Positions 1 to 9,452 of a stretch of 64,000 nucleotides of DNA are shown here, piece after piece. The DNA is from Hyphomicrobiaceae bacterium. GTDB taxonomy: Bacteria; Pseudomonadota; Alphaproteobacteria; Rhizobiales; Hyphomicrobiaceae. The notes beneath the pieces are model-generated. The model searched no databases. It was not told where the DNA came from and worked only from the letters and a program-made list of their open reading frames with translations. The number at the start of each line of letters is the position of its first letter. Position 1 is the stretch's first letter. Location: the NCBI GenBank assembly GCA_041397765.1, contig JAWKWA010000008.1, forward strand, positions 94,726 to 158,725, given 5' to 3'. The translations under genes and the position numbers were made by a program.

Positions 1-116
1 GCGTCATTCCCCAGGAGGACATCGCCGAGCTGGCGCGCGCCGGCGTCGATCGCGTGTTCCTGTCGGGAACGCCCGTCTCCGACATCGTCGCCTATGTCCG
101 GGGCATCGAGCCATGA
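1..116 (+). CDS. 3' end (partial, runs off window) of a cobalamin-binding domain protein of the methylmalonyl-CoA mutase family
   Basis: Frame ending at TGA 114-116 reads ...VIPQEDIAELARAGVDRVFLSGTPVSDIVAYVRGIEP*, a typical C-terminus of the MCM B12-binding domain. Its stop overlaps the next ATG (ATGA). Confidence 0.5.
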   Translation, partial: VIPQEDIAELARAGVDRVFLSGTPVSDIVAYVRGIEP

Positions 117-1678
117 GCCAGGATGCGACGAGGACCCTCGCGCGCGGCTACGCCGATTCGCCGATGCGGGCGGCCGCCCGCCGCTTCGCCGACCGTCTGG
201 CGCTCGCCGATGCCGGCCGGACCTGGACCTTCGCCGCCTTCGACATTCTCGTCGACCGGCTGGCCGGTGGCCTCGCCGCCCGCCTGGCCGAGGGCGAGCG
301 GGTGGCCCTCTACATGCGCAACTCGCCGGAATACCTGCTTCTCTCGACCGCCATCGAGCGGGCCGGCCTCGTCCGTGTGCCCCTCAATGTCCGCTACACC
401 GCGCTCGAGGTCCGCAACCTGATCGCCGACTGCGGCGCCGCCGCCGTCTGCCATGATTTGCGCACCCTGCCGGCCCTTGGCGAGGCGCTGGCCGGGATTG
501 CCTCCGCCCCCTGGCATTTCAGCGTCGACAGCGAGGACGCGTGCGGCGGTCCCACCTATGGCGAGCTCGCCGCCGCCGCGCCCATCGACGTCGACCGCTC
601 ATCTGCCGATCTCTCCGCCCTCTCCTCCATCAACTACACCTCCGGCACCTCCGGCCGGCCCAAGGGCGTCATGCTGACCCGCGCCAACTGGCGTGCCGTC
701 ACCCGCAACATGATGCTCGACCGGCGCATCTCGGGCGACGACCGGCTCGGCCATATCGGACCGCTGACGCATGCCTCCGGCACCTATTTCCAGCCCTTCT
801 TCCTGCGCGGCGCCGCTTCCGTCGTCGTGACCGAGGGCACGGTCGAGGCACTCCTCGGCGCCATCGACCGCTTCGGCATCACCGGCTTCACCTGCGTGCC
901 CTCGCTGCTCACCCGCGTCGTCAATCATCCCGCCATCGACAGCCACGATCTCTCGAGCCTCGCCTGGATCGGCTACGGCGCCGAGCCCATTCCGCGCAAC
1001 ACGCTGGAGCGATCGCTGGCCCGCTTCGGCCCGGTGCTGACGCAGAACTACGGGCTGACCGAGGCGATGATGACCTGCGCCTTCCTGCCGCCCGCCGATC
1101 ATTTCACCGGCGATGGCGAGTTGCGCACCGGCTCGATCGGCCGCGCCTACTCCTTCGTCGACATCGTGCTGCGCGACGGCGAGGGACGGCCGGTTCCCGT
1201 CGGCGAGATCGGCGAAATCACCATCCGCGCCGAGCATGTCATGGCCGGCTACTGGCGCATGCCCGAGGAAACGGCAAAGGTGCTGCGCGAAGGCTGGCTG
1301 TGGTCGGGCGATCTGGCGCGCATGGATGCCGAGGGCTTCATCACGCTCGCCGGCCGCTCCAAGGACATGATCATCTCCGGCGGATTCAACATCTACCCCC
1401 AGGAGGTCGAAGCCTGCCTGACCGGCTGTCCGGGTGTGCGCGAGGCGGCCGTCGTCGGCATCCCCGACGAGGCCTTCGGCGAGCTGTGCGTCGCCTTCCT
1501 TGTCGCCGACGGCGCCGATGCCCCCGATCCGGAGGTCCTGGTCGCCTGGGCGAAGCCGCGCCTCGGCATCAAGACGCCGCGGCACTGGCGTTTCGTCGCC
1601 GATCTGCCGAAGAACTCCAACGGCAAGCTCGACAAGCCGGCGATCCGCCGCATGAGCGCGGAGATCGACTGGCGATGA
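113..1678 (+). CDS. AMP-dependent acyl-CoA synthetase/ligase
   Basis: 521 aa ORF with the AMP-binding signature YTSGTSGRPKGV and C-terminal ...GEIGEITIRAEHVMAGYW...NSNGKLDKP. ATG at 113. Confidence 0.9.
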   Translation: MSQDATRTLARGYADSPMRAAARRFADRLALADAGRTWTFAAFDILVDRLAGGLAARLAEGERVALYMRNSPEYLLLSTAIERAGLVRVPLNVRYTALEVRNLIADCGAAAVCHDLRTLPALGEALAGIASAPWHFSVDSEDACGGPTYGELAAAAPIDVDRSSADLSALSSINYTSGTSGRPKGVMLTRANWRAVTRNMMLDRRISGDDRLGHIGPLTHASGTYFQPFFLRGAASVVVTEGTVEALLGAIDRFGITGFTCVPSLLTRVVNHPAIDSHDLSSLAWIGYGAEPIPRNTLERSLARFGPVLTQNYGLTEAMMTCAFLPPADHFTGDGELRTGSIGRAYSFVDIVLRDGEGRPVPVGEIGEITIRAEHVMAGYWRMPEETAKVLREGWLWSGDLARMDAEGFITLAGRSKDMIISGGFNIYPQEVEACLTGCPGVREAAVVGIPDEAFGELCVAFLVADGADAPDPEVLVAWAKPRLGIKTPRHWRFVADLPKNSNGKLDKPAIRRMSAEIDWR

Positions 1679-2889
1679 GCGGCACGTCGCAGACGAGGGC
1701 ACGATCGGCCGATCCGCGCGACTGCGTGGTCGTCGCCTTTGCGCGCACGCCGTTCGGGCGCTTCGGCGGTGCGCTCTCGGCGCTCGATGTCGCGGCGCTC
1801 GGCCGCCTCGCCATCGACGAGGCCGTGGCGCGCGCCCGCATCGACGCCGAGGCCGTCGAGGCGCTCTATGCCGGCGTCGCGATGATCGGCGGCGCCATGC
1901 TGACGCCGGCTCGCCGCATGGTTCTCGCCTCCTCGCTGCCCGAACGGACGCCCTCCCTCGCCGTCGATCGCGCCTGCTGCTCGGGGTTGACGGCACTCGC
2001 CCTCGCCCGTCGGCAGATCCTCGCCGGCGAGGCCGATCTCGTCATCGCCGGCGGTGTGGAGGCCTTGAGCGCGACGCCGCGCCTCCTGCCGCGCGAGATG
2101 CGGATGCGCCCCGGCCCGGTCGCGGCCGACGATCCGCTGACCCTCCGCGCACCGTTCCTCGACAAGGCCATCGCCGCCTATACGGGCGAGGAGGCGCTAC
2201 GCAATGGCGTCACCCGCCGGATGCAGGACGAGTGGGCGCTCGAAAGCCATGGTCGCTACTTCGAAGGCGAGGCCGCCGGCCATTTCGCCGCCGAGCGCTT
2301 TGCCGTCGACATGCCGCAGGCTCGGCTCGCCACCGACGAGCAGCCCCGCCGCGACACCTCGCTCGAAAAGCTCGCCGCACTTGCGACCATCTATGGCGGA
2401 CCGACCGTCACCGCCGGCAATGCACCGGGCCTCAGCGACGGTGCCGCCTTTCTCGTGCTCGCATCGCGGGCATTCGCCACCGCTCACGGGCTTGCCATTC
2501 GCGCCACTCTCCGCGCTCATGCCGAGGTGGCGGGCGGCCCGACCTCGGGCACATCGACGCCGGCAGAGGCCATCCGTGCCGTCATCGCGCGCGCTGGTCT
2601 CGGCATCGCCGACATGCGCCTTGTCGAGATCAACGAGGCCTTCGCCGCGACGCCCCTCGTCAGCACCCTGCGGCTCGCCGACGGCGATCCGGGCGAGGCC
2701 CGCTCGCTGCGCGCGCGCACCAACCTCCACGGCGGCGCCGTCGCCATCGGCCATCCGCTCGGCGCCAGCGGTGCGCGCCTCGTCATGACCCTCGCGGCAT
2801 CGCTGGAGCGCCTCGGCGGCGGCGCGGGCGTGGCGGCCATTTGCGGCGGCTTCGGCCAGGGCGACGCCATGATCGTCGAGGTGGCATGA
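1675..2889 (+). CDS. acetyl-CoA C-acyltransferase (thiolase family)
   Basis: ATG 1675 overlaps the upstream stop (ATGA). Protein MSGTSQTRA...VVAFARTPFGRFGG...DRACCSG...NLHGGAVAIGHPLGASGARL has thiolase active-site motifs. The start is taken inside the longer track ORF 541..2889. Confidence 0.85.
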   Translation: MSGTSQTRARSADPRDCVVVAFARTPFGRFGGALSALDVAALGRLAIDEAVARARIDAEAVEALYAGVAMIGGAMLTPARRMVLASSLPERTPSLAVDRACCSGLTALALARRQILAGEADLVIAGGVEALSATPRLLPREMRMRPGPVAADDPLTLRAPFLDKAIAAYTGEEALRNGVTRRMQDEWALESHGRYFEGEAAGHFAAERFAVDMPQARLATDEQPRRDTSLEKLAALATIYGGPTVTAGNAPGLSDGAAFLVLASRAFATAHGLAIRATLRAHAEVAGGPTSGTSTPAEAIRAVIARAGLGIADMRLVEINEAFAATPLVSTLRLADGDPGEARSLRARTNLHGGAVAIGHPLGASGARLVMTLAASLERLGGGAGVAAICGGFGQGDAMIVEVA

Positions 2890-4634
2890 TGGCAGCAGGG
2901 AAGACGACGCCGCCAGGCGATGGGCGCGATGCCCGCCAGGATGGGCCCGCCGGCGCCCGTCCCGCCGATGGCGATCCGATCACCGAGGCGCATCGCGCTT
3001 GGCGCGACGGTGCCTACCGCGCCGCTCTCGGCGAGGTCGGAGAGCGCCGTGACTTCGTCACCGACATTGGCATCGCGGTCGAGCCGCTCTACACCCCGCA
3101 CAGCCTCGCCGACCGCCGGTTCGACTATCTGAAGGATGTCGGCTTTCCCGGCGCCTTTCCCTTCACGCGCGGCGACGATCCGGCGATGTATCGCCGCGCC
3201 CCCTTCATCGTCTCGGCCTATACCGGCTTCGGCGAGGCGCCCGCCTGCAATCGCCGACTGAAACGTCTCGTCGAGCTCGGCGTCGAGCAGCTTCTCCTCG
3301 CCTTCGACCTGCCGACCCAGTGCGGCTATGACAGCGACGACGTGATGGCGGCCGGCGAGGTCGGGCGCGTCGGCGTCGCCATCGACACACTCGCCGACAT
3401 GGAGGATCTTTTCGAGGATCTGCCGCTCGACACGGTGAAGCGCGTCGGCTGCCTCGGCAATGCCATCGGCCCGATCGTCACCGCCATGTTCGTCGCCCTC
3501 GCCGAGAAGCAGGGACTGGCGCCCGCCGACTTCGTGCTCAATCTGCAGAACGATCCCTTGAAGGAATATCTGGCGCGCGGCACGCAGATCCTGCCGGTCG
3601 CTCCCTCCCTCAAGCTCGCCGCCGATCCGGTCTCCTGGTGCGTCACCCATGCCCCGCATTGGTCGCCGCTCACCGTCTGCTACAATCATCTGAATGCCGG
3701 CGGTGCCGGCTCCAGCATGGGCGCGGCGATCGCCCTCGCCAATGCCCGCGCCTATCTCGACGATCTGCTCGCCCGCGGTCATTCGATCGACGAGGTGGCC
3801 CCGCTCCTGCACATGTTCGCCGACGAGCGGCACGATTTCTTCGTGTCGGTCGCCAATATGCGGGCGCTTCGCAAGGTCTGGGCGCATCTGATGCGCGATG
3901 CCTATGGTGCCACCACCGACCGCGCCATGGCCCTCGCCACCACCGTCTACGGTCATGGCCAGGAAGCGCTCGCCGAGCCTATAAACAATCTGGTGCGCAT
4001 CGCCTTCGGCACGCTCGCCTATGTCATGGGCGGCGCCTCATATGTTTACATCGCCTCCTATGACGAGGCCGTCGGCATCCCGTCCGAGGAGACGGTGCGC
4101 GCCGCCGTGCGCACGCAACAGATCATCGCCCACGAGCATGGCTTCACCGATACGATCGACCCGCTCGGCGGCTCCTGGCTCGTCGAGAGCCTGACGATCG
4201 ACATCGAGCGGCAGTTGCGGGACGGCCTCTCGGCCATCGAAGCGATGGGAGGCGCTCTTGCCATCATCGACAACGGCTATGGCCGCAAGCTCATGTCGGA
4301 AGGGGCGGGGCGTCGCCAGAAGCGCATCGATACGGGCGCGCGTCCCTGGGTGACGGTCAATCTTCATCGTCAGGAGCCGAACGTGCCGAACACCGCCTTC
4401 CGCATCGACCCCGCGACCGGCGACCGGCAGATCGCACGCCTCGCTGCCGTCAAGGCGCGCCGCGACGGCGCGCGCGTCGCCGCCGCGCTTGCCGAGATCG
4501 ATCGGGCCTGTGCCGAAGGCCGCAACGTCATGGAGCCGACACTCGAGGCGGTGCGCGCCTATGCGAGCATCGGCGAGATCGTCGATGTCTGGCGCCGCCG
4601 CTACGGCGAGTTCCAGCCTTCGACCGCATTCTGA
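2886..4634 (+). CDS. acyl-CoA mutase catalytic (large) subunit, MCM family, without a fused B12 domain
   Basis: ATG 2886 overlaps the thiolase stop. Protein ...FPGAFPFTRGDDPAMYRRAPFIVSAYTGFG...LAFDLPTQCGYDSDDVMAAGEVGRVGVAIDTLADMEDLF... is homologous to the MutB/IcmA/HcmA TIM-barrel domain. At about 582 aa there is no C-terminal cobalamin domain. Confidence 0.8.
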   Translation: MMAAGKTTPPGDGRDARQDGPAGARPADGDPITEAHRAWRDGAYRAALGEVGERRDFVTDIGIAVEPLYTPHSLADRRFDYLKDVGFPGAFPFTRGDDPAMYRRAPFIVSAYTGFGEAPACNRRLKRLVELGVEQLLLAFDLPTQCGYDSDDVMAAGEVGRVGVAIDTLADMEDLFEDLPLDTVKRVGCLGNAIGPIVTAMFVALAEKQGLAPADFVLNLQNDPLKEYLARGTQILPVAPSLKLAADPVSWCVTHAPHWSPLTVCYNHLNAGGAGSSMGAAIALANARAYLDDLLARGHSIDEVAPLLHMFADERHDFFVSVANMRALRKVWAHLMRDAYGATTDRAMALATTVYGHGQEALAEPINNLVRIAFGTLAYVMGGASYVYIASYDEAVGIPSEETVRAAVRTQQIIAHEHGFTDTIDPLGGSWLVESLTIDIERQLRDGLSAIEAMGGALAIIDNGYGRKLMSEGAGRRQKRIDTGARPWVTVNLHRQEPNVPNTAFRIDPATGDRQIARLAAVKARRDGARVAAALAEIDRACAEGRNVMEPTLEAVRAYASIGEIVDVWRRRYGEFQPSTAF

Positions 4635-4651
4635 GCAGGGAGCATCGGGCA

Positions 4652-6412
4652 ATGAGCACCAAGAGCGCCGGGCCGGATGACGCCGGGGCGAAGCGGCCGG
4701 GAACCGTCGATCCCTTCACCATGGTGGTGCTGCGTCGCCGCATGGAGGCGATCATCCGCGAGATGGTCAATGCGCTCCTGAAGTCCGGCCGCTCCGGCGT
4801 GCTCAACACGGCGATGGACTTTTCCTGCTCCCTGACCGATGCGCGTTTCCAGTCGGTGAGCGTTGCACTCGGGCTGCCGGTGCATGTCGGCGCCATCGAC
4901 CTCATTCCGCGCAAGGTCGCCGAGAAGCATGGTTCGACCCTCGCCCCCGGCGATTGCTTCGCCAACAACAGCGGCTACCACGGCAACACGCATTGCGCCG
5001 ATTTCACGCTATGCGTGCCGGTGTTCTACGAGGGTCGCGTCGTTTTCTATACCATCGCCCGCGCGCATCTGGGCGACATGGGCTTTCCGATACCCTCCAC
5101 CTACAACCCGGCCGCCCGCGACGTCTATGAGGAAGGCCTGATGCTGCCCTGCATCCGCGTCCAGCGGGATGGCCGCGACATCGAGGACGTGATCGACATC
5201 CTGAAGGCGAACATCCGTGCGCCCGAGCAGTTCTATGGCGACTATCTCGCCTGTCTCGCCGCGGTGCGCACCGGCGAGAAGCGCCTGAAGGAGTTGTGCG
5301 CCCGCTTCGGCACCGATCTCGTCGAGCGCTTCATCGACGAGTATCAGGACTACGCCGAGCTGATGGCCAAGGATGCCATTTCGCGTCTCCCCAAGGGCCG
5401 CGTGACGCGATCGGTGCGCTACGATTCGGAGCTTGCGCAATATCCCGACGGCATTCCCGTGACGGCGACGCTCGATGTCGATCCTGACGCCGGCCGCGTC
5501 GTCATCGACCTGACGGAGAACATCGACAATCTGCCGCTTGGCATCAACATGACCGAGAGCACCGTGCTCGCCTGCTGCCGCATGGGCACGCTCAACGTGC
5601 TTGGTCCCGACGTGCCGCGCTCGGCCGGTGCATTCCGCCGCATCGAGGTGAGGATGCGCGACGGCTCGGCGATCGGCCGGCCGGTCTTTCCCGCCGCAAC
5701 CTCGGCCGCCACCACCAATCTCTGCCATCTGCTCGCCTCGCACATCCAGGCCCTCTATGCCGATCTCGTCGATGGTCTCGGCTCCGCCTACGGCTCCGTC
5801 GGCCTGCCGGGCTCCTGCCCCGTCGTCAGCGGCCGCGACCCGCGACGCGGCAATCGCCCCTTCGTCAACCAGATCATCATGGGCTACTGGGGCGGCCCGG
5901 CCGTCGCCGGTCACGACGGCTGGCTGACCTACGGCAGCGCCGCCTCGCAGGGCATTCTCTGGCAGTCGAGCGTCGAGATCGTCGAGCAGCAGCAGCCGAT
6001 CCTGATCGAGGAGCTGTCGATCCGGGAGGATTCGGGTGGCGCCGGCGCCAGCCAGGGCGGCCCGGGCTCGCGTGTCGTCTTCCGCCCGCGCTTCGGCCCC
6101 GTGCGTTTCGCGATCAACGCCGCCGCGCACGACAATCCGCCCGAAGGCATGCGCGGCGGTCTGCCGGGAGCGCCGACGCGCATCAGCCGCATCGCCGCCG
6201 ACGGCACCCGCACCGATCTCGGCATCACCATCGACGTCACGCTCGGTCCGGGCGAGCGGCTGCTGTCGGAAGCCTGCGGCGGCGGCGGCTATGGCACACC
6301 GGCGGAGCGCCCCGCCGATCGCATCGCCGCCGACATCGCCGATGGCGTCCTGACGCCCGCACATGCCGCCAAGGTCTATCCCCGGCAGGCCCGTGAGGGG
6401 AGCGGTCGCTGA
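4652..6412 (+). CDS. hydantoinase B/oxoprolinase family protein (HyuB-like, ATP-dependent amidohydrolase beta subunit)
   Basis: 586 aa. The N-terminus DPFTMVVLRRRMEAIIREMVNALLKSGRSGVLNTAMDFSCSL..GYHGNTHCADF is characteristic of Hydantoinase_B. RBS gggag upstream. Confidence 0.85.
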   Translation: MSTKSAGPDDAGAKRPGTVDPFTMVVLRRRMEAIIREMVNALLKSGRSGVLNTAMDFSCSLTDARFQSVSVALGLPVHVGAIDLIPRKVAEKHGSTLAPGDCFANNSGYHGNTHCADFTLCVPVFYEGRVVFYTIARAHLGDMGFPIPSTYNPAARDVYEEGLMLPCIRVQRDGRDIEDVIDILKANIRAPEQFYGDYLACLAAVRTGEKRLKELCARFGTDLVERFIDEYQDYAELMAKDAISRLPKGRVTRSVRYDSELAQYPDGIPVTATLDVDPDAGRVVIDLTENIDNLPLGINMTESTVLACCRMGTLNVLGPDVPRSAGAFRRIEVRMRDGSAIGRPVFPAATSAATTNLCHLLASHIQALYADLVDGLGSAYGSVGLPGSCPVVSGRDPRRGNRPFVNQIIMGYWGGPAVAGHDGWLTYGSAASQGILWQSSVEIVEQQQPILIEELSIREDSGGAGASQGGPGSRVVFRPRFGPVRFAINAAAHDNPPEGMRGGLPGAPTRISRIAADGTRTDLGITIDVTLGPGERLLSEACGGGGYGTPAERPADRIAADIADGVLTPAHAAKVYPRQAREGSGR

Positions 6413-8508
6413 TGCACGAGCGAGCGGACATTGCCATCGACGTCGGCGGCACCTTCACCGATCTGGTGCTGCGTCTCGCCTCCGGCGAGATCCGCGCCTA
6501 CAAGTCGCCGACGACCACCGGCCGCATCATCGACGGGGTCTTCGACGGCCTCGCCCAGATCGCCGAGGACCTTGGCATCCCGCGCGACCGGCTGATCGCA
6601 GGGCTTGGCCGTTTCGCCTTCGGCACCACCGCCGCGACCAATGCCATTCTCGAGGGCAAGGCGGCGGCGACCGGCCTCATCGTCACCAGGGGATTCCGCG
6701 AGACCCTCCTGGTGCGCGAGGGCGGCAAGGCCGACACCTACAACATGTATCTCGACTATCCCGCGCCCTACATTCCCCGCGCGCTGACCCTCGAGGTCGA
6801 CGAGCGCGTCAACGCCGAGGGCGGCATCGAGCGGCCGCTCGAAGAGCAGAGCGTCGTCGCCGCCATCGACGCCCTGCGCGCCGCCGGCGTCGAGGCCGTC
6901 GCCGTCTCGCTCCTGTGGTCGATCGCCAATCCGCTCCACGAGGAGCGCGTCGGCGCGATCTTTGCCCGGCACTGGCCGGAGATTCCCGTCAGCCTCGGCC
7001 ATCGCGTCAATCCTTGCGTGCGCGAGTATCGCCGCACCTCGGCCGTCGCGCTCGATGCCTCGCTGAAGCCGATCGTCGCGCGCAGCGTCGCCGATCTCGA
7101 GGAGCGGCTGGCAGCGAGCGGCTTTTGTGGCACGTTGACCTATGTCACCTCGTCCGGCGGCCAGACCTCTGCCGAAGACATCATGGCGCGCCCCGTTCAT
7201 CTCTGCTTTTCGGGTCCCGCCGCCGCACCAGAGGCGAGCCGCAGGTTTGCCGCGCTCGAGAACATCGACGGTGGCAACATCATCACCGTCGACATGGGCG
7301 GCACCAGCTTCGATGTCAGCATCGTCACCGACTGGCAGATTCCGCTCCACCGCGAGGGCAGCATCGCCGGTCACATCTTCGGCGTGCCCTCGGTCGAGAT
7401 CCACACCATCGGCGCCGGCGGTGGCTCGCTCGCGCGTGTCGACCGCGGCGGCTTCATCCACACCGGCCCCGAGAGTGCAGGCTCCCTCCCCGGTCCCGCC
7501 TGCTATGGCCGTGGCGGCACGCGCGCGACGGTGACGGACGCCAATCTGGTGCTCGGCATGCTCGATCCCGAGCGCTTCGCCGCCGGCCGCATGACGCTCG
7601 ACGCGGCCGCGGCGCGTGACGCGGTCGAGCGGGATGTCGCCCGTCCGCTCGGTCTGGTGCTTGGCGAGGCCGCCAGCCTCGTCGCGGTGAGTTGCGAGCA
7701 GAACATGGTCGGCGCCATCGCCGATCTGACGGTCAAGCGTGGCATCGACCCGCGCGACTATCTGATGGTCGCTGGTGGCGCCGCCGCCGCGCTCCACGCC
7801 GTCGCCATCGCCCGCGAGCTCGGGATCCGCCGCATCCTCGTGCCGCGCTTCGCCGGCGTCATGAGCGCCTTCGGCATCCTGACGGGCGATGTCGCCTTCA
7901 CCTTCGGACGCGCGTTGTTCGCCTCCTCGGCGACTTTCGACCATGCGGCCGTCAATGGCGTGCTCGAGGCCCTCGAGGCCGAGGGTAACGACTATCTCGA
8001 CCGCATGGGCTTTGCCGATCCGGCCTTGCGCAGTCTCGTCTTCTCGGCGGAAGCGCGCTATGCGGGCCAGGTCTGGCAGCTCACCGTGCCTCTGCCCTCG
8101 CCTCGCATCCCCGACGCCACCGCGCTTGCCGCACTCGTCGAGGCATTCCACCGTCAGCACGAGCTGCAATACGCGGTAAGGAGCGCGCTCGACGCCGTCG
8201 AGTTCACCGAATGGAGCCTGAAGGCCGTCGGCCGCCTGCCCGACGTGTCGCTCGCCGAGCGGAACATGGAGCGCGGCGCCGTCACGCCGTCGCGCCGGCG
8301 CATGGCCCGCTTTCCGTCATCGCCCGAGCCGATCGACACGCCGGTCTACGAGATCGCGGACCTGCCGGTCGGCGTCACGATCGCCGGGCCGGCGCTCGTC
8401 GAGGATCGCCTGACCACCATCGTCGTCCCGCCCGGATCGCGCGCGTCGGTGACCCGCTACGGAAACATCCTGATCGACATCGCCAGCCCCGAGGGAGGCG
8501 TCACATGA
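6412..8508 (+). CDS. hydantoinase A/oxoprolinase family protein (HyuA-like alpha subunit)
   Basis: 698 aa. N-terminal IAIDVGGTFTDLV sugar-kinase-like fold and ...TVDMGGTSFDVS... The ATG overlaps the HyuB stop by 1 nt. Confidence 0.85.
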   Translation: MHERADIAIDVGGTFTDLVLRLASGEIRAYKSPTTTGRIIDGVFDGLAQIAEDLGIPRDRLIAGLGRFAFGTTAATNAILEGKAAATGLIVTRGFRETLLVREGGKADTYNMYLDYPAPYIPRALTLEVDERVNAEGGIERPLEEQSVVAAIDALRAAGVEAVAVSLLWSIANPLHEERVGAIFARHWPEIPVSLGHRVNPCVREYRRTSAVALDASLKPIVARSVADLEERLAASGFCGTLTYVTSSGGQTSAEDIMARPVHLCFSGPAAAPEASRRFAALENIDGGNIITVDMGGTSFDVSIVTDWQIPLHREGSIAGHIFGVPSVEIHTIGAGGGSLARVDRGGFIHTGPESAGSLPGPACYGRGGTRATVTDANLVLGMLDPERFAAGRMTLDAAAARDAVERDVARPLGLVLGEAASLVAVSCEQNMVGAIADLTVKRGIDPRDYLMVAGGAAAALHAVAIARELGIRRILVPRFAGVMSAFGILTGDVAFTFGRALFASSATFDHAAVNGVLEALEAEGNDYLDRMGFADPALRSLVFSAEARYAGQVWQLTVPLPSPRIPDATALAALVEAFHRQHELQYAVRSALDAVEFTEWSLKAVGRLPDVSLAERNMERGAVTPSRRRMARFPSSPEPIDTPVYEIADLPVGVTIAGPALVEDRLTTIVVPPGSRASVTRYGNILIDIASPEGGVT

Positions 8509-9434
8509 GCTTGAGCGAGCCGCTCGTCTATCTGAACGGCGAGTTCGTCCCCGAGAGTGCCGCCAAGGTCAGCGTCTATGACCGCTGCTTCCTCTACGGC
8601 GACGGGGTGTTCGAGGGCATCGCCGTCTGGGAGCGCGCGCCGTTCCGCCTCGGGTCGCATCTCGACCGTCTGTCGCGCGGCCTGCGCTATCTGATGATCG
8701 ACGAGCCGCTCGACCATGACGGCTGGCGCGAGGTGATCCGCGAGCTGATCCGCCTGAACGACATGCAGGACGGCTATCTCCGCCTCCAGCTCAGCCGCGG
8801 CGAGGGCATGAGCTCGATCAAGTGGGAGAAGCGGCTGCTGCGCAAGGCGTCGCCCAATGTGACGATCATCCCGGTCGCCGGCTTTGCGCGCTACTACGCC
8901 GGCCTGCTCGACGAGAAGAACGAGCGCGGCCTGAAGGCGATCACCGTTCCGCGTCCGCGCATCGCCTCGCACGCCGTGCCGACCGGCATGAAGCACTGCA
9001 ACTACCTGGGCAGCGTGCTCGGTGCGATCGACGTGACCGGACGCGGCGCCGACATCGGCATTTCCGTCGATGCCGACGGCTTCGTCGCCGAGGGCATCGC
9101 CTACAACGTGTTCATCGTCGTCAACGGCCGCATCCTGACGCCACCGACGACGCGCGACATCCTGCCCGGCATCACCCGCGACGTCATCGTCGAGCTCGCC
9201 GAGGCGAACGGCATACCCGTCGCCGAGCGTGATTTCGACGCCTATACCATGGCCTCCGCCGACGAGGCGTTCATTTCATCGACGCTCGAGCTTGCCGTGC
9301 CCGTCGTCTCTCTCGATGGCCGTACCATCGGCGAAGGCCGTCCAGGACCCGTCGCGCGGCGCATGGGCGCGCTCCTGAAGGACGCCATGACGCGCGAGGC
9401 GGCCGACTTCCATGCAACCCGCCAGGCGGGCTGA
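8505..9434 (+). CDS. PLP fold-type IV aminotransferase (branched-chain / D-amino-acid / (R)-amine transaminase class)
   Basis: ATG 8505 overlaps the HyuA stop. Protein MSLSEPLVYLNGEFVPESAAKVSVYDRCFLYGDGVFEGI...NYL...GITRDVI... is typical of class IV aminotransferases. Confidence 0.8.
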   Translation: MSLSEPLVYLNGEFVPESAAKVSVYDRCFLYGDGVFEGIAVWERAPFRLGSHLDRLSRGLRYLMIDEPLDHDGWREVIRELIRLNDMQDGYLRLQLSRGEGMSSIKWEKRLLRKASPNVTIIPVAGFARYYAGLLDEKNERGLKAITVPRPRIASHAVPTGMKHCNYLGSVLGAIDVTGRGADIGISVDADGFVAEGIAYNVFIVVNGRILTPPTTRDILPGITRDVIVELAEANGIPVAERDFDAYTMASADEAFISSTLELAVPVVSLDGRTIGEGRPGPVARRMGALLKDAMTREAADFHATRQAG

Positions 9435-9452
9435 GCGGCCAGCCGCGACACG

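Noticed and set aside
599-8169. Several long minus-strand ORFs (599..1996, 2517..3956, 5009..6364, 6376..8169)
   Set aside because: All are antisense to plus-strand genes with clear homology. Low-complexity Arg/Gly/Ala-rich translations.
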